The notes below the pieces were generated by a model. That model did not search any database. It was not told the DNA's origin and saw only the letters and a program-made list of their open reading frames with translations. Below, one piece after another: positions 10,035 to 24,126 of a DNA stretch of 64,000 bases. The DNA lies in contig JAKEHO010000116.1 in assembly GCA_022614965.1 (NCBI GenBank), positions 5,399 to 69,398 of the forward strand. The letters run 5' to 3'. The translations under genes were made by a program, and so were the position numbers. The stretch's first letter is position 1. Every line of letters starts with the position of its first letter. Source of the stretch: Gammaproteobacteria bacterium. GTDB taxonomy: Bacteria; Pseudomonadota; Gammaproteobacteria; JAKEHO01.

Positions 10035-11399
10035 TTATTTCTTCTTTTCTGGTCTTTTCCAACCCGGTGCCGTCTTTTGCTCGGCCCGACTTAAAGTCAG
10101 CATGTTAGAGGGCGCGTCGCTCGTGATCGTAGATCCTGCACCGATCGTAGCTCCGTTACCCACCTTGACCGGCGCAACAAGCTGTGTATCTGAGCCAATG
10201 AAGACGTTATCGCCTATTACTGTACGATGCTTGTACGCGCCATCGTAATTACAGGTAATCGTTCCAGCACCGATGTTCACGTCCTTTCCGACGTCACTGT
10301 CCCCAATATAACTCAAGTGATTAATTTTGGTACCTCTACCTACGTTAGATTTCTTGATCTCAACAAAATTGCCAACATGGACATTCTCGTCCAGCCTGCT
10401 TTCAGGACGAATGCGCGAGAACGGGCCAACGCGGCTATCTTTGCCGATCACGGCATCTTCGATCACACAATTGGACAGTATAGTGACACCATCGGCGATC
10501 ACTGCATCTCGGATATAAGTGTTGGGACCGATACTGACTCTGTTGCCAAGCTGGACAGTTCCTTCTATCACCACATTGACGTCGATGAAGACGTCCTGGC
10601 CAACCTCCAGGTCCCCCCGAAGGTCAAATCGAACCGGATCCGCCAGCGTGACACCTTCATTCATCAGATGCTGCGCTTGTACCAGCTGATAATATCGCTC
10701 AAGTTCGGCGAGCTGTGCGCGATCGTTCACGCCCATAACTTCATATACGGAATCTGGCAGTACCGTATTGAGACGCACACCGTCACGTACAGCGGCCTCG
10801 GGAACATCCGTCAGATAATATTCGCCCTGCACATTGTCATTATCGAGCGTCTCCACCCAATGTTTTAATCGCTTCGCTGAAACTGCCATGATGCCGGTGT
10901 TGACTTCTCGAATCACCCGCTCTGCATCACTTGCGTCCGTTTCTTCGACAATCCGAACAACGGTGCCGTTGTCATTGCGTACAATCCGACCATAACCGGT
11001 TGGATTCTCCAATTCGACGGTCAAAAGACCAAGCTCACCGTTATTTGCAACTTTCAATAGCCGCTTGAGCGTACTGGCTGTGATCAATGGAACATCACCG
11101 TAGAGTACCAGCACGGTGTCCCTGCTGCTGATCGAAGGCAGAACTTGAGCTACGGCATGTCCCGTACCAAGTTGTTCGGCCTGCTCAACCCACTTGACTG
11201 GGAGCCGCTCTAATTCCTCTGGAACACGGCGTCCCCCATAACCGTAAATCACATAGATCTCCCGGTGAGGCAGATCGCAAGCGGCGTTGAACACATGTTC
11301 CAACAGAGACATCCCAGCGATCCGGTGCAAAACCTTAGGAGACTCGGAACGCATCCGTACGCCCTGTCCTGCTGCTAAAATGACGATGCTCAAGCTCAT
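10035..11399 (-). CDS. glmU: bifunctional UDP-N-acetylglucosamine diphosphorylase / glucosamine-1-phosphate N-acetyltransferase
   Basis: ILAAGQGVRM nucleotidyltransferase motif and a long C-terminal hexapeptide-repeat domain. 454 aa. Confidence 0.95.
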   Translation of the reverse strand: MSLSIVILAAGQGVRMRSESPKVLHRIAGMSLLEHVFNAACDLPHREIYVIYGYGGRRVPEELERLPVKWVEQAEQLGTGHAVAQVLPSISSRDTVLVLYGDVPLITASTLKRLLKVANNGELGLLTVELENPTGYGRIVRNDNGTVVRIVEETDASDAERVIREVNTGIMAVSAKRLKHWVETLDNDNVQGEYYLTDVPEAAVRDGVRLNTVLPDSVYEVMGVNDRAQLAELERYYQLVQAQHLMNEGVTLADPVRFDLRGDLEVGQDVFIDVNVVIEGTVQLGNRVSIGPNTYIRDAVIADGVTILSNCVIEDAVIGKDSRVGPFSRIRPESRLDENVHVGNFVEIKKSNVGRGTKINHLSYIGDSDVGKDVNIGAGTITCNYDGAYKHRTVIGDNVFIGSDTQLVAPVKVGNGATIGAGSTITSDAPSNMLTLSRAEQKTAPGWKRPEKKK

Positions 11400-11554
11400 A
11401 GATGATCAGGTCAATGCATACCGGACTTGGCAATTGGAGCAAGGACGTTGAATCATAGGCTAGGAAGTGCAGGAAATAATAAAGTATAGGATAGCCCGTT
11501 TCGGACCTGCGACCCCTACAATTTCAACCCCGATATTGGTGGCGGAGGGACCGC

Positions 11555-11983
11555 CTAGGATCGCCCCACTCGCTTGCGCAGACGCTGAATCGCCTGTAAC
11601 TGGGCAACTGCCTCGGCGAGTTCGGCTTGTGCCTTAGCGAAATCAATGGAACCCGTACGATCTTTGAGGGCCTGTTCAGCTTGTTGCTTCGCCTGTAGTG
11701 CTGCGGCTTCATCGATGTCGCGCGCCCGAACGGCTGTGTCAGAGAGTACGGTCACTAGGTATGGTTGTACTTCCAAAATGCCACCCGAAACGTAGAAGGA
11801 CTCTTCTTTTCCACCCGGTAGTTTTAGCCGTACTTCGCCGGGGCGCAGCCGGGTTACTAACGGTGCATGCCTTGGGGCGATGCCAACCTCACCCATAACG
11901 GCGGGGGCGAACACCATCTCTGCTAAACCGGAGTAAATCTCCGTTTCAGCACTCACGATATCCACATGGATCGTCATCGCCAC
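11555..11983 (-). CDS. atpC: F1 ATP synthase subunit epsilon
   Basis: [13 protein letters not shown] start as in enterobacterial AtpC. Last gene of the atp cluster. Confidence 0.9.
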   Translation of the reverse strand: MAMTIHVDIVSAETEIYSGLAEMVFAPAVMGEVGIAPRHAPLVTRLRPGEVRLKLPGGKEESFYVSGGILEVQPYLVTVLSDTAVRARDIDEAAALQAKQQAEQALKDRTGSIDFAKAQAELAEAVAQLQAIQRLRKRVGRS

Positions 11984-12040
11984 TAATATTCCCTTTGCGG
12001 GATCACGAGGCTACCGAATATCGGAGCCTCAAGCAGCGAA

Positions 12041-13444
<1,404 letters not shown>

Positions 13445-13500
13445 TCATGCACGGAATGAAACACCGGCTGATGACCAGCTTGCTAGAATTTGAATGCCAG

Positions 13501-14361
13501 TCATACCGCCGCAGCACCTCCGACGATTTCGGCGATCTCTTGAGTAATCGAGGCTTGGCGTGCTTTGTTATAGATGAGCCGTAATTCATCAATAAGCTTG
13601 CCAGCGTTGTCGGAGGCGCTTTTCATGGCCACCATGCGCGCGGCTTGTTCACAAGCAACATTCTCCGCTACGCCCTGATATACCAGGGACTCGATATAGC
13701 GCATGAGCACATGATCCAAGACTTCCTTCGAATCCGGCTCGTAGATGTAGTCCCAGTGATGTTTAAGCTCCTGCTCTTCGTCCGGTTGAATAGGGACGAG
13801 CTGCTCGATACGGGGTCTCTGGGTCATCGAGTTGACAAAAACGTTATAGATCACGAAGAGTTGGTCAATGCGCTCCTCAAGGTAGCGATCCAACATGACC
13901 TTGACGGTGCCGATCAGATCTTCAACACCGGGCGCATCGCCAAGATGGCTGGCCTGGGCGACGATGTTACTGCCGATACGGCCAAAAAATGCGGTGCCCT
14001 TTGCGCCAATTGTACAGACGTCCATACCGACGCCTTTGTCGTGCCAATCCTTCATGGCACTGATGATTGCTCTGAAAAGATTGGCATTTAAACCCCCGCA
14101 CAAGCCGCGATCCGTGGATACAATGATGAGCCCAACGCGGCGAACGTCCCGTTCAATTAAATAGGGATGCTTATATTCAGCCTGGGCATGGCCGAGATGG
14201 GCGATTACGTTCCGCATCTTCTCGGCATAGGGTCGCGCTGCACGCATGCGATCCTGCGCCCTACGCATCTTACTTGCCGCCACCATTTCCATTGCGTGGG
14301 TGATCTTCTGCGTATTTTGTATACTCTTGATCTTCGTCCGAATTTCTTTACCAGCAGCCAA
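13501..14361 (-). CDS. atpG: F1 ATP synthase subunit gamma
   Basis: [34 protein letters not shown]-terminus and conserved C-terminal [12 protein letters not shown]. Confidence 0.95.
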   Translation of the reverse strand: MAAGKEIRTKIKSIQNTQKITHAMEMVAASKMRRAQDRMRAARPYAEKMRNVIAHLGHAQAEYKHPYLIERDVRRVGLIIVSTDRGLCGGLNANLFRAIISAMKDWHDKGVGMDVCTIGAKGTAFFGRIGSNIVAQASHLGDAPGVEDLIGTVKVMLDRYLEERIDQLFVIYNVFVNSMTQRPRIEQLVPIQPDEEQELKHHWDYIYEPDSKEVLDHVLMRYIESLVYQGVAENVACEQAARMVAMKSASDNAGKLIDELRLIYNKARQASITQEIAEIVGGAAAV

Positions 14362-14402
14362 CGCAAAAGCCTCAATTAGAAATTAAAAAATGAAAATCAT
14401 AG

Positions 14403-15944
14403 TTACCAAGCATGATTTGCCTTGAAATCGTCGAGCGCCGCCTTAAGCTTGGCTTCAATCTCGTCGTCGAAATCCCCGATGTCGTTAATCCGGTTCAATA
14501 AATCCGCTTTTTCCGATTGCATATAGCTATGTAGGGCGACCTCGAAATCGCCTACCTTCCCCAGTTCCACATCGTCAAGATAACCCCGGTCCACCGTGAA
14601 CAAGCTGACCGCCATCAAGGCAACTCTCAACGGCGAGTACTGTTTCTGTTTAAGAACTTCCTTCACACGCTGGCCGCGCTCCAGTTGCTTGCGTGTTGCT
14701 TCGTCCAGATCGGATGCGAATTGTGCAAAAGCGGCAAGCTCACGAAACTGAGCCAACTGGAGTCGAATTCCTCCACCAAGCTTCTTGATGATCGTGGTCT
14801 GTGCCGCGCCGCCGACACGCGAAACAGATAAGCCGGCATTGATGGCGGGACGTACCCCTGCGTTGAACAGATCCGTTTCAAGATAGATCTGCCCATCGGT
14901 AATGGAGATCACATTGGTCGGGACAAACGCCGATACGTCGCCCGCCTGCGTTTCAATGATTGGCAAGGCGGTAAGGGACCCGGTCTTGCCTTTGACCTTG
15001 CCATTTGTCCTCTTCTCTACCTCCTTAGCGTTGAGTCGTGATGCGCGCTCCAGCAGGCGAGAATGCAGATAGAATACGTCGCCCGGGTAAGCCTCACGTC
15101 CGGGCGGGCGACGCAGAAGCAGGGAGATTTGCCGGTAGGCCCAGGCCTGCTTCGTGAGATCATCATAGATAATTAACGCGTCCTCGCCCTTGTCTCGGAA
15201 GTACTCCCCCATTGCACAGCCAGCATAAGGGGCAATGTATTGCATTGCCGCTGGATTCGAAGCCGCGGCCGCCACGACGATGGTATGCTCCATCGCCCCA
15301 TGCTCCTCCAGCTTGTGCACAACGGAATTGATGGAAGACGCCTTCTGGCCGATCGCGACATAAATGCAGGTAAGATCACCGCCCTTCTGATTGATGATCG
15401 TATCCACCGCTATTGCAGTCTTCCCCGTTTGGCGGTCACCGATAATCAGCTCACGTTGCCCACGTCCAATCGGCACCATGGAATCGATGGCCTTGAGCCC
15501 CGTCTGTACAGGCACGCTTACGGACTGCCGGGCAATCACGCCCGGAGCGATCTTCTCGATAGGCGAGGTAGCTTTGGTCTCGATCGGACCCTTTCCGTCG
15601 ATCGGGTTGCCCAGTGCGTCCACCACCCGTCCAAGCAGGGTCTCTCCGACTGGCACTTCAAGGATCCTCTTGGTACAACGCACCACATCACCTTCGGATA
15701 TATGCTCGTACGGACCCATGATGACGGCACCAACCGAGTCACGTTCCAAGTTCAACGCCAAGCCGTATTCCTTCCCCGGAAACTCGATCATCTCGCCCTG
15801 CATCACATCGCTCAGACCGTGAATGCGCGCAATGCCATCGGTAAGGCTAACAATCGTTCCCTCAGTATGGGCCTCTGTTGCCAGATCAAGGCCTTCAATA
15901 CGCTTCTTTATAAGTTCACTGATCTCAGTTGCACTGATTTGCAT
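14403..15944 (-). CDS. atpA: F1 ATP synthase subunit alpha
   Basis: Walker A GDRQTGKT. 513 aa. Confidence 0.97.
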   Translation of the reverse strand: MQISATEISELIKKRIEGLDLATEAHTEGTIVSLTDGIARIHGLSDVMQGEMIEFPGKEYGLALNLERDSVGAVIMGPYEHISEGDVVRCTKRILEVPVGETLLGRVVDALGNPIDGKGPIETKATSPIEKIAPGVIARQSVSVPVQTGLKAIDSMVPIGRGQRELIIGDRQTGKTAIAVDTIINQKGGDLTCIYVAIGQKASSINSVVHKLEEHGAMEHTIVVAAAASNPAAMQYIAPYAGCAMGEYFRDKGEDALIIYDDLTKQAWAYRQISLLLRRPPGREAYPGDVFYLHSRLLERASRLNAKEVEKRTNGKVKGKTGSLTALPIIETQAGDVSAFVPTNVISITDGQIYLETDLFNAGVRPAINAGLSVSRVGGAAQTTIIKKLGGGIRLQLAQFRELAAFAQFASDLDEATRKQLERGQRVKEVLKQKQYSPLRVALMAVSLFTVDRGYLDDVELGKVGDFEVALHSYMQSEKADLLNRINDIGDFDDEIEAKLKAALDDFKANHAW

Positions 15945-16033
15945 TGGTACTCCTCACGCACTACACCGCCTCTGGCCAGATAAACCACACAGGGCGTTGG
16001 TCAACATACTGTGAATATTGATTTCCAAATTGA

Positions 16034-16567
16034 CTACTTCATTTCCTTTGTGAGGTGCTTCAGTCGGCCCCGCAACGACAGATCAATCACCAAGTCACCG
16101 GCGCGAATCACAGCACCCCCTATCAGATCCTTATCAATGACCTTTGTTAACTCGATGTCCTTGCCTAAGCGCTTCTTCATAGAATTGACAATCATCTCTT
16201 CCTGCTGTGGCTCAAGGTCGTAGGCGGAGGCTACCTCGACTTTTTCCAAACGTTCGGCATCGGCACGGTATTCCTCAAATAACTTTGATGTTGAGGGGGC
16301 AAATTCCAGGCGCTCGCCATTCACCAGCACCTTCACGAAATTCTGACCCGTGGCAGAAAGTCTGTCACCGCAGATATCCAGCACTAAATCCAGCAACCGC
16401 GCACTCGTAATACGCGGATTGCTGATCACGCGCTTCATCGTAGGGTCCAAGACAACTACGGTCAGCAAGCGCAACATGTCTGACCACTGTGCTAGATTGC
16501 CTTCACTTTTGGCTTGCTGGAAGGCAGCCAGAGCGTACGGGCGGGCGATGGTATTCGCTTGTTCCAT
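16034..16567 (-). CDS. atpH: F1 ATP synthase subunit delta
   Basis: TIARPYALAAF start, 177 aa, correct position in the operon. Confidence 0.9.
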   Translation of the reverse strand: MEQANTIARPYALAAFQQAKSEGNLAQWSDMLRLLTVVVLDPTMKRVISNPRITSARLLDLVLDICGDRLSATGQNFVKVLVNGERLEFAPSTSKLFEEYRADAERLEKVEVASAYDLEPQQEEMIVNSMKKRLGKDIELTKVIDKDLIGGAVIRAGDLVIDLSLRGRLKHLTKEMK

Positions 16568-16577
16568 AGTCGATACG

Positions 16578-17042
16578 TTAGAGCTGCGCTGCTAGCTTAT
16601 CGAGTATGTCCTTGTGAGCAGCCCGATTCACCTCTCTAAGTAAAATCTGCTCGGCACCCGTCACGGCGAGCCCTGCAACCTCGCTTTTTAGCTGCTCCCG
16701 GGCCTGCTGCATCTCCTGATCAATCACAGCGCGGGCAGCAACCAGTAATCGGTCACCTTCTGCACGGGCATTCTCCTTACCTTCTTCGACAATCTCGCCA
16801 GCGCGCCGTTGAGCCTGGGAAATGATCTCATTCGCCTGTCCCTTGGCCTTTTTTATTTGGTCGACAGCGCGCTTCTCAGCCAACTCGAGCTCATGCCGTC
16901 CCTTTTCCCCCGCCGCCAGACCGTCTGCAATTCGCTTCTTGCGGTTTTCCAACATGCCCGTGATTGGCTCCCACAAAAAATGGTTGATAAACCATACCAG
17001 GACTGCAAAAGTGATGAGTTGCCCAATTAACGTCGCGTTCAT
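16578..17042 (-). CDS. atpF: F0 ATP synthase subunit b
   Basis: Single N-terminal TM helix followed by a long charged helix. Operon position agrees. Confidence 0.9.
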   Translation of the reverse strand: MNATLIGQLITFAVLVWFINHFLWEPITGMLENRKKRIADGLAAGEKGRHELELAEKRAVDQIKKAKGQANEIISQAQRRAGEIVEEGKENARAEGDRLLVAARAVIDQEMQQAREQLKSEVAGLAVTGAEQILLREVNRAAHKDILDKLAAQL

Positions 17043-17119
17043 GTAGAAACCTCTATCTAACTACTGCCCTGCCTTGTTCGCGTTTTGCATTTCCCAGCGG
17101 GCTTGACCATCGAGTATCT

Positions 17120-17431
17120 TCAACCAGCGCCTCCCGCCAGTTTGGCAATGGTGGCAAGTGCAGCGCCAATAAACGGATTTGCAAACGTGAAGTACATCGC
17201 GAACGCCAACACGATAAATGGAAAGGATTCCATGAGGCCGGCCGTGATAAACATTTGCACACGCAGTGCCGGCAGCAGTTCAGGCTGGCGCGCGATGCCT
17301 TCCATGTACTTTGCACAGATCAAGCCCCAACCCAGCGCAGATCCCAAACCTGCAGCCGCGAGGATCACACCCACCCCCAATGCCGTATAGGCATAGACCA
17401 TAGCGATTAGATTGGCATCAGCTGTCATCAT
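17120..17431 (-). CDS. atpE: F0 ATP synthase subunit c (103 aa, somewhat longer than the usual ~80 aa)
   Basis: Hairpin with the ARQPE loop and carboxylate in AGLMESFPF. Start set to the ATGATG at 17431, preceded by GGAGAG. The extra length is mainly a C-terminal GAALATIAKLAGGAG tail. Confidence 0.9.
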   Translation of the reverse strand: MMTADANLIAMVYAYTALGVGVILAAAGLGSALGWGLICAKYMEGIARQPELLPALRVQMFITAGLMESFPFIVLAFAMYFTFANPFIGAALATIAKLAGGAG

Positions 17432-17503
17432 TTCTCTCCTGATAGTAACGAATAAGATAAGGTATGCTTGGCGGAACACCTCCGAAAAACATATGGATGC
17501 TGG

Positions 17504-18325
<822 letters not shown>

Positions 18326-18697
18326 TCACCGCGTGACGAATATGAACCCGAGCTGTGCGACGGCAAACGCACCTATCAGCGGCAACGGCGCCAGTTTTAG
18401 CAAGCCGATTCCTAGAGCAAACAGGCCCAAAACGATGACAAAGCGCTGGATGGCCCCAAAATAAAGCATGGCAACTCCCTTGCCCGGTCTTTCCTCTGCA
18501 ACATCTGCGGCGGAATAGACACGCCGCCCTAGCATCCAGGAGCTCAGTAGGGCGATGCCTCCACCGTACAAGGCTGACTGCGCCTCAAAGATCCCGCTCG
18601 CCATCCATAACAGCGCCGATAGGCCGACGACTAGCAGACACTGCGTTGTCAGAAGCCTTCGTATTCCGCCATCTTGCATAGTGGAGGAGGATCTCAA
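18326..18697 (-). CDS. atpI: ATP synthase protein I
   Basis: Small 4-TM protein directly upstream of atpB. Confidence 0.8.
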   Translation of the reverse strand: MRSSSTMQDGGIRRLLTTQCLLVVGLSALLWMASGIFEAQSALYGGGIALLSSWMLGRRVYSAADVAEERPGKGVAMLYFGAIQRFVIVLGLFALGIGLLKLAPLPLIGAFAVAQLGFIFVTR

Positions 18698-18810
18698 GCG
18701 TAGCAGCCCAGGACTGTTGCCGTTCTGGGTTATCGTTCGAAGGCTATGCCCGGGCCAACGAATATGGGTCGCTGGCCAGATTAGGCTTGGAACCGAGCAA
18801 AAACTTTGGA

Positions 18811-18840
18811 AGTATAAAATTTACCCGCTCTATCGGTCAA
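18811..18840 (-). promoter_or_regulatory. candidate sigma70 promoter of the atp operon
   Basis: Minus strand reads TTGACC, an 18-nt spacer, then TATACT, about 110 nt upstream of the atpI start. Confidence 0.45.
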
Positions 18841-18869
18841 TGACAGCCAGCCGGTTGCCGTCATGGCCG

Positions 18870-19733
18870 CTATTTTATGTGAGCAAGGATCCCGTCGAGC
18901 TCCTCCACACTGTGGTAGCGGATGGTGATCTTCCCTGCGCCCCGCGCGCCGTGCTGGATCTGCACGTTCGCGCCTAACTTTTCCGATAATTCATCCTGCA
19001 ACTGGCGAATATTAGGATCTTCGACCGAGCGGCTCGCCATTTTCTTCTTCGCCGGTGCTTGGAGTCTGCGCACCATTCGCTCCGTCTCTCGCACCGACAG
19101 TCCCTTGGAAACAACCACACGGGCCGCCTTGCTTTGTGCCGCCTTGTCGAGCCCCAAAAGTGTCCGCCCATGGCCCATTTCAATCTGGCCTTGTTGAAGT
19201 AGCGATTTCACATCATCACTGAGTTCTAATAATCTCACGATATTAGTCACCGCTGCGCGGGAACGGCCGACGGCTTGAGCGACCTCCTCATGGGTCATCT
19301 TAAAGTCCCGAATTAACTGAGCAAATGCACGCGCTTCTTCCAACGGATTGAGATCCTCGCGCTGAATATTTTCAATTAGCGCTATGCTCAGCGCCGAACG
19401 ATCAGGAACCTCGCGTACCAGCGCCGGGATCACGTGGAGACCCGCCTTTTGTGTTGCACGCCAGCGCCGCTCGCCGGCGATGATTTCAAAACGATCCGTG
19501 CCGACTACGGGTCTAACAATGATCGGTTGAACCACGCCTTCGGCACGAATGGAATCGGCTAACTCCGCAAGTGTGTCCTCATGAAGGTCAACGCGAGGCT
19601 GATGCTTACCACGCTGGATCAAATCGATGGGCAGATAACGAAGCTCGTCGCGTTCAACTGAGTCGACGGCACTAATGCCCGGCTGCACACTTAGGAGTGC
19701 GTCTAATCCCCTGCCCAGTCCTCTACGCTTCAT
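18870..19733 (-). CDS. parB: chromosome partitioning protein ParB
   Basis: IIAGERRWRA box and HTH region. Confidence 0.95.
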   Translation of the reverse strand: MKRRGLGRGLDALLSVQPGISAVDSVERDELRYLPIDLIQRGKHQPRVDLHEDTLAELADSIRAEGVVQPIIVRPVVGTDRFEIIAGERRWRATQKAGLHVIPALVREVPDRSALSIALIENIQREDLNPLEEARAFAQLIRDFKMTHEEVAQAVGRSRAAVTNIVRLLELSDDVKSLLQQGQIEMGHGRTLLGLDKAAQSKAARVVVSKGLSVRETERMVRRLQAPAKKKMASRSVEDPNIRQLQDELSEKLGANVQIQHGARGAGKITIRYHSVEELDGILAHIK

Positions 19734-19750
19734 GGCAATGGCAAAACTCC

Positions 19751-20536
19751 CTACTGGAGTGCCTGCACTCCCGCCCCCTCACGTCTCAGCATCTCCCCTA
19801 CTAGGGCTAGGTAGGCGACCGCCCCGGTTGAAGACTTGTCATACAACAATACCGGTAAACCATGGCTCGGTGCCTCGGCAAGCCTAACGTTCCGCGGGAT
19901 GATCGTCCGGTACACTTTATCGCCGAAATGCTCTACGAGTTGCGCGGAGACCTGGTTTGACAGATTGTTACGCGGGTCAAACATCGTTCTTAAAAGCCCT
20001 TCAACACGCAACGAAGGATTGAGGATCTTGCGTATCTTATTAATGGTATCGAGCAAGGCCGACAAGCCTTCCAAGGCGTAGTACTCGCATTGCATCGGTA
20101 TGATGACTGCATCCGCCGCGACTAGGGCATTCACCGTAAGCATATTGAGCGCCGGCGGGCAATCAATCAGGATGTAGTCATAGTGCTCGCGGATGGAGCT
20201 TATTGCGTTCCTAAGGCGGAGTTCGCGGCCAAGCACTTCGAGAAGTGTGACCTCGGCTCCAATAAGATCCGCGTTGCTCGGCAAAAGGTGATACCTTGCT
20301 TGCTCGATCTCAATCCGCGCCTCTGCTATCGATTTTTCCTCCATGAGCACGTCATAGCTCGACAGCCTCAGCTTATTTTTATTTACACCGCTTCCCATCG
20401 TGGCGTTACCCTGGGGGTCCAGATCCGCCAACAAGATCCTTCGCTTGGTAGCCGCTAGGGAAGCGGCTAAGTTCACGCTAGTGGTGGTCTTGCCCACACC
20501 ACCCTTCTGATTGGCTACTGCAATAACTTTGGTCAT
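19751..20536 (-). CDS. parA: chromosome partitioning ATPase ParA/Soj
   Basis: MTKVIAVANQKGGVGKTT deviant Walker A. Start moved to the ATG at 20536; the 39-codon upstream extension in the track ORF is not family-like. Confidence 0.95.
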   Translation of the reverse strand: MTKVIAVANQKGGVGKTTTSVNLAASLAATKRRILLADLDPQGNATMGSGVNKNKLRLSSYDVLMEEKSIAEARIEIEQARYHLLPSNADLIGAEVTLLEVLGRELRLRNAISSIREHYDYILIDCPPALNMLTVNALVAADAVIIPMQCEYYALEGLSALLDTINKIRKILNPSLRVEGLLRTMFDPRNNLSNQVSAQLVEHFGDKVYRTIIPRNVRLAEAPSHGLPVLLYDKSSTGAVAYLALVGEMLRREGAGVQALQ

Positions 20537-20663
20537 GAATCCATCGATCGGGTTAACCCCTGAAAAGCAGGGGAGACCGCCGCGTATTATTGCACAGTCA
20601 GTTTGCGCGTTGTTAACCCCAACCTTCGAATTGACGATACCCGGCCTCAACACGAGCCCAAGC

Positions 20664-21305
20664 TCAATCCGATCTCACTATAACCAGATTTCTCTGAGCA
20701 CTGAGTCCGGGGACCTGCAGGCGATAGACTTCGCAGGCCACACCGCTGCGCCGCAATTCGGCCAGTTCATCAGCGAGTGCACCGCCTTTCATGGCCAGCA
20801 AACAGCCGCCTAAAGCGTACAAGTGCCGTGTGCGCTCGTAAAGCTCAGATACAGGACCGAATGCGCGAGCAATGACCGATGAAAACCTTTGGCGCGGCCG
20901 GTAATCTTCAACTCTTGCACGGACGACCTCCACGTTGCCCAATTTAAGCTCCATCACCGCCTGGGTAACGAACCGGATCTTCTTCGCGTTACTGTCGAGT
21001 AATACCCAATGGCTATTCCGCCGCACCAAAGCGAGCACAACCCCTGGCAAGCCTGCCCCGGTACCTACGTCCAAGAGCTGTGAGCCGTTTAAGTACGGGA
21101 GGATCGCCATACTGTCTAGGACGTGGTGCGTCACCATGCGGGTCGGATCGCGCACGGCGGTCAGACTGTACGTCTTATTCCATTTCGCAAGCAGTTCGAT
21201 GTAGGCAAGAAGCGCCCGGCATAGACGGTCGTCTGGCGCAAAACCCAACCCCGCAAGGCCTTGATCCAGCCGTCTTCGTAGGTCAGAGCCCGCCGCCGTA
21301 TTCAA
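20664..21305 (-). CDS. rsmG: 16S rRNA (guanine527-N7)-methyltransferase
   Basis: [15 protein letters not shown] motif. ATGA overlap with the mnmG stop. Confidence 0.9.
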   Translation of the reverse strand: MNTAAGSDLRRRLDQGLAGLGFAPDDRLCRALLAYIELLAKWNKTYSLTAVRDPTRMVTHHVLDSMAILPYLNGSQLLDVGTGAGLPGVVLALVRRNSHWVLLDSNAKKIRFVTQAVMELKLGNVEVVRARVEDYRPRQRFSSVIARAFGPVSELYERTRHLYALGGCLLAMKGGALADELAELRRSGVACEVYRLQVPGLSAQRNLVIVRSD

Positions 21306-23197
21306 GCGCTTTTCGCGATGGCAGCGGTATGTTTCTTGAGATAGACCCGCAACAGGGAGATCGCCACAGGGGTAATTCCAGGAATACGGGCGGCCTGACC
21401 GAGATTTAGGGGCCTCGCTTCGCTGAGTTTCTGCACCGCCTCCGCGGACAGGCCCCTGACTTTAGTGTAATCAATTGCCTCGGGCAGGGGGGTATCCTCG
21501 TAGGACCGGGCGCGACTCACCTCAATCTCCTGCCGCTCGATGTACCCGCTGTACTTGGCCTGGACTGCCACTTGGTTGGCACAGGCCGGATCCGCGAGGC
21601 CGGGACCGGCACCTCTGAGCGTCATCAGATCATCGTAGCGCACGTTAGGCCGGCGCAAGAGTTCCATCAGAGTAAATTCATGCCGAAGGGGCTGACCCAA
21701 TACTCGAGTGGCCTCTCCCGGGGGCACATCCGACGGTCCAATCCATGTCTCTCTAAGGCGCTGCTGTTCACGCAGAACAGCTTCGCGTTTTTCCGCGAAC
21801 AAACGCCAGCGTGTATCATCAACTAACCCCAACTCGCGTCCCTTGGGGGTCAACCGCAGATCCGCATTATCCTCGCGCAAGATCAGTCGAAATTCCGCAC
21901 GGCTCGTAAACATACGATAGGGCTCGTTGGTCCCGCGCGTTATCAAGTCATCAATCAACACCCCAATATAGGCCTCGTCGCGACGCGGACTCCATGGAGC
22001 CCTGTCGCGCACCTTCAAGGCGGCATTCAATCCTGCGATGATCCCCTGTGCAGCCGCCTCCTCATACCCAGTCGTTCCATTGATTTGGCCAGCAAAGAAG
22101 AGCCCTGATATATGTTTGGTCTCAAGCCAGGCGTAGAGGTCGCGTGGATCGAAGAAATCATATTCGATAGCGTAGCCAGGCCGAGTGATGTGGGCATTTT
22201 CTAGTCCGCGAATCGAACGCACCAGGGCGTACTGTACGTCGAACGGAAGACTTGTGGAAATCCCGTTCGGATAGACTTCGTGAACTCCAAGGCCCTCAGG
22301 CTCTATGAATATTTGGTGCGCGAGCTTATCGGCAAAGCGCACAACCTTATCTTCAATGGACGGACAGTACCGTGGGCCGACACCTTCGATGCGCCCGTTG
22401 TACATGGGCGAGCGGTGCAGCGCTTTGCGGATGAGCTCGTGCGTATGCTCATTGGTGTAGGTAATATGACAGCACACTTGTTCCGGATGCTCGCCTGCTT
22501 CCCCGATGAATGAGAACACCGGCACCGGCTTGTCCCCAGGTTGGGGCTCTAGTTCGCTGTAACCAATAGTGCGCCCGTCCAGGCGTGGAGGCGTCCCGGT
22601 CTTTAATCGCGCAACGCGGAATGGCAACGCCCTGAGGCGCCGAGCTAGGGCGTTCGCAGGAGGATCCCCAGCACGACCGCCCTGGTAGTTGGAATCTCCG
22701 ATATGAATATGTCCACCAAGAAAGGTCCCCACGGTCAAGATCACACACTTAGCCGCAAAGCGTAGGCCCATCTGCGTGAGGACGCCGGTAACCTGGCAAC
22801 CGTCAATCGTCAGATCGTCGACGCCCTGCTGGAAGATGACAAGATTATCCTGGTTCTCCAGCATCTTACGCACGACGGACTTATACAGCGCCCGGTCGAT
22901 CTGGGCACGGGTCGCCTGCACCGCAGGACCTTTACGCGCGTTGAGAATGCGAAACTGGATCCCGCTCCGGTCGGCGCCCCGCGCCATCAGTCCCCCCAGG
23001 GCGTCGATCTCCTTCACAAGGTGACCTTTACCAATCCCACCGATGGCGGGGTTACAGGACATTTGACCCAAAGTTTCGATACTTTGGGTAAGCAGCAAGG
23101 TTCGCACACCCATGCGAGCTGAGGCTAGCGCCGCCTCAGTGCCGGCATGACCTCCGCCCACCACGATTACGTCAAAGTCTTCTGGATGGTTAATCAT
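21302..23197 (-). CDS. mnmG: tRNA uridine 5-carboxymethylaminomethyl modification enzyme MnmG (GidA)
   Basis: [18 protein letters not shown] motif. Start at the ATG 23197-23195 ([10 protein letters not shown]...), which shares one base with the speE stop codon. Confidence 0.95.
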   Translation of the reverse strand: MINHPEDFDVIVVGGGHAGTEAALASARMGVRTLLLTQSIETLGQMSCNPAIGGIGKGHLVKEIDALGGLMARGADRSGIQFRILNARKGPAVQATRAQIDRALYKSVVRKMLENQDNLVIFQQGVDDLTIDGCQVTGVLTQMGLRFAAKCVILTVGTFLGGHIHIGDSNYQGGRAGDPPANALARRLRALPFRVARLKTGTPPRLDGRTIGYSELEPQPGDKPVPVFSFIGEAGEHPEQVCCHITYTNEHTHELIRKALHRSPMYNGRIEGVGPRYCPSIEDKVVRFADKLAHQIFIEPEGLGVHEVYPNGISTSLPFDVQYALVRSIRGLENAHITRPGYAIEYDFFDPRDLYAWLETKHISGLFFAGQINGTTGYEEAAAQGIIAGLNAALKVRDRAPWSPRRDEAYIGVLIDDLITRGTNEPYRMFTSRAEFRLILREDNADLRLTPKGRELGLVDDTRWRLFAEKREAVLREQQRLRETWIGPSDVPPGEATRVLGQPLRHEFTLMELLRRPNVRYDDLMTLRGAGPGLADPACANQVAVQAKYSGYIERQEIEVSRARSYEDTPLPEAIDYTKVRGLSAEAVQKLSEARPLNLGQAARIPGITPVAISLLRVYLKKHTAAIAKSA

Positions 23198-24063
23198 CAA
23201 ACAAATCCCTGCCGCTCTTCGCGAAACGCCTCTTGCATGAACTCCGGCAATACCAGACATGCCGCATGCACTTTCGCATTGTAATAGCGCGTCTCAAACG
23301 ATTTTCGCATGGCATCCGCCTCACGGAATCCATCAAAGCCCTGTCCCTTGCGTGCCATCGTTACGCTCCACCACCCTGAGGGATAGGTGCACTGTGGAAA
23401 GCTAAGCGTCATTATATCCTGCGCCCCAGCCTCTGCCATGGCCAAGCGTATGTTCTTAATCAGTTCCAGATTAAGGATTGGCGACTCACTTTGCGCTACC
23501 ACAATCCCACCGACACGCAAGACATTGAGACAATCACGGTAGAATTGCGGAGAAAAAAGCCGTGCCGCGTGACCGACCGGATCGGTCGTATCCAATGCGA
23601 TCACATCCACACTCTCCGCCCGCGCTTCCGCCATCCATTGAATACCATCCCCAAAATGGAACTGCACGCGGGGGTCTGAGTTCGACTCGCAGAGTTCGGG
23701 AAAAAATTTCTCCGACACCCGTGTGACCCGCTCATCAAGCTCCACCAGCGTTACTTCCTTCACCTCCGGGTGTTTCAGAACTTCCCTCAGCGTTCCACAA
23801 TCTCCGCCGCCCACAATGACAACGTTCTTCGGATCCGAATGGGTAAATAGCGCCGGATGAGAAAGCATCTCGTGGTAAATAAAGTTATCCCGCGACGTCA
23901 GCATTGTCGCCCCATCCAGAGTTAACAGGTATCCAAACGCTTCAGTCTCGTAGACTTCGATGTGTTGATAGGCTGACTGTTCGTCGTGTACCTTATCCCT
24001 GATCTTGATGGAGACCGCGAGGCCGCCAACCTCCTCGACAAACCAGTTGCTATCTAATTTCAT
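23197..24063 (-). CDS. speE: spermidine synthase (polyamine aminopropyltransferase)
   Basis: [33 protein letters not shown] and DTTDP blocks. Confidence 0.9.
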   Translation of the reverse strand: MKLDSNWFVEEVGGLAVSIKIRDKVHDEQSAYQHIEVYETEAFGYLLTLDGATMLTSRDNFIYHEMLSHPALFTHSDPKNVVIVGGGDCGTLREVLKHPEVKEVTLVELDERVTRVSEKFFPELCESNSDPRVQFHFGDGIQWMAEARAESVDVIALDTTDPVGHAARLFSPQFYRDCLNVLRVGGIVVAQSESPILNLELIKNIRLAMAEAGAQDIMTLSFPQCTYPSGWWSVTMARKGQGFDGFREADAMRKSFETRYYNAKVHAACLVLPEFMQEAFREERQGFV

Positions 24064-24126
24064 CAGTCATCCTCTGGACTTCGCCAATGAGATATGATTG
24101 TGCTGGCAGGACGCCGCGGCTTTCCA

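Noticed and set aside
10227-10868. Long antisense ORFs inside well-supported genes: 10227-10868 vs glmU, 15240-15983 vs atpA, 41580-42218 vs hemB, 47714-48256 vs glnA, 55514-56377 vs sat, 7493-8077 vs hemL
   Set aside because: Each lies fully within a gene with unmistakable family motifs on the opposite strand, and each shows shadow-ORF composition typical of GC-rich DNA.
20537-20653. 39-codon upstream extension of parA, and the analogous 21-codon extension of mnmG at 23198-23260
   Set aside because: Family N-termini start at MTKVIAVANQKGG and [16 protein letters not shown]. The extensions are simply open frame upstream of the true ATG; the mnmG extension overlaps the speE coding sequence.
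23195-24126. Possible oriC next to mnmG (gidA), as in enterobacteria
   Set aside because: There is no intergenic DNA upstream of mnmG, because speE overlaps its start. I saw no cluster of TTATCCACA-type DnaA boxes or AT-rich 13-mers anywhere in the window.
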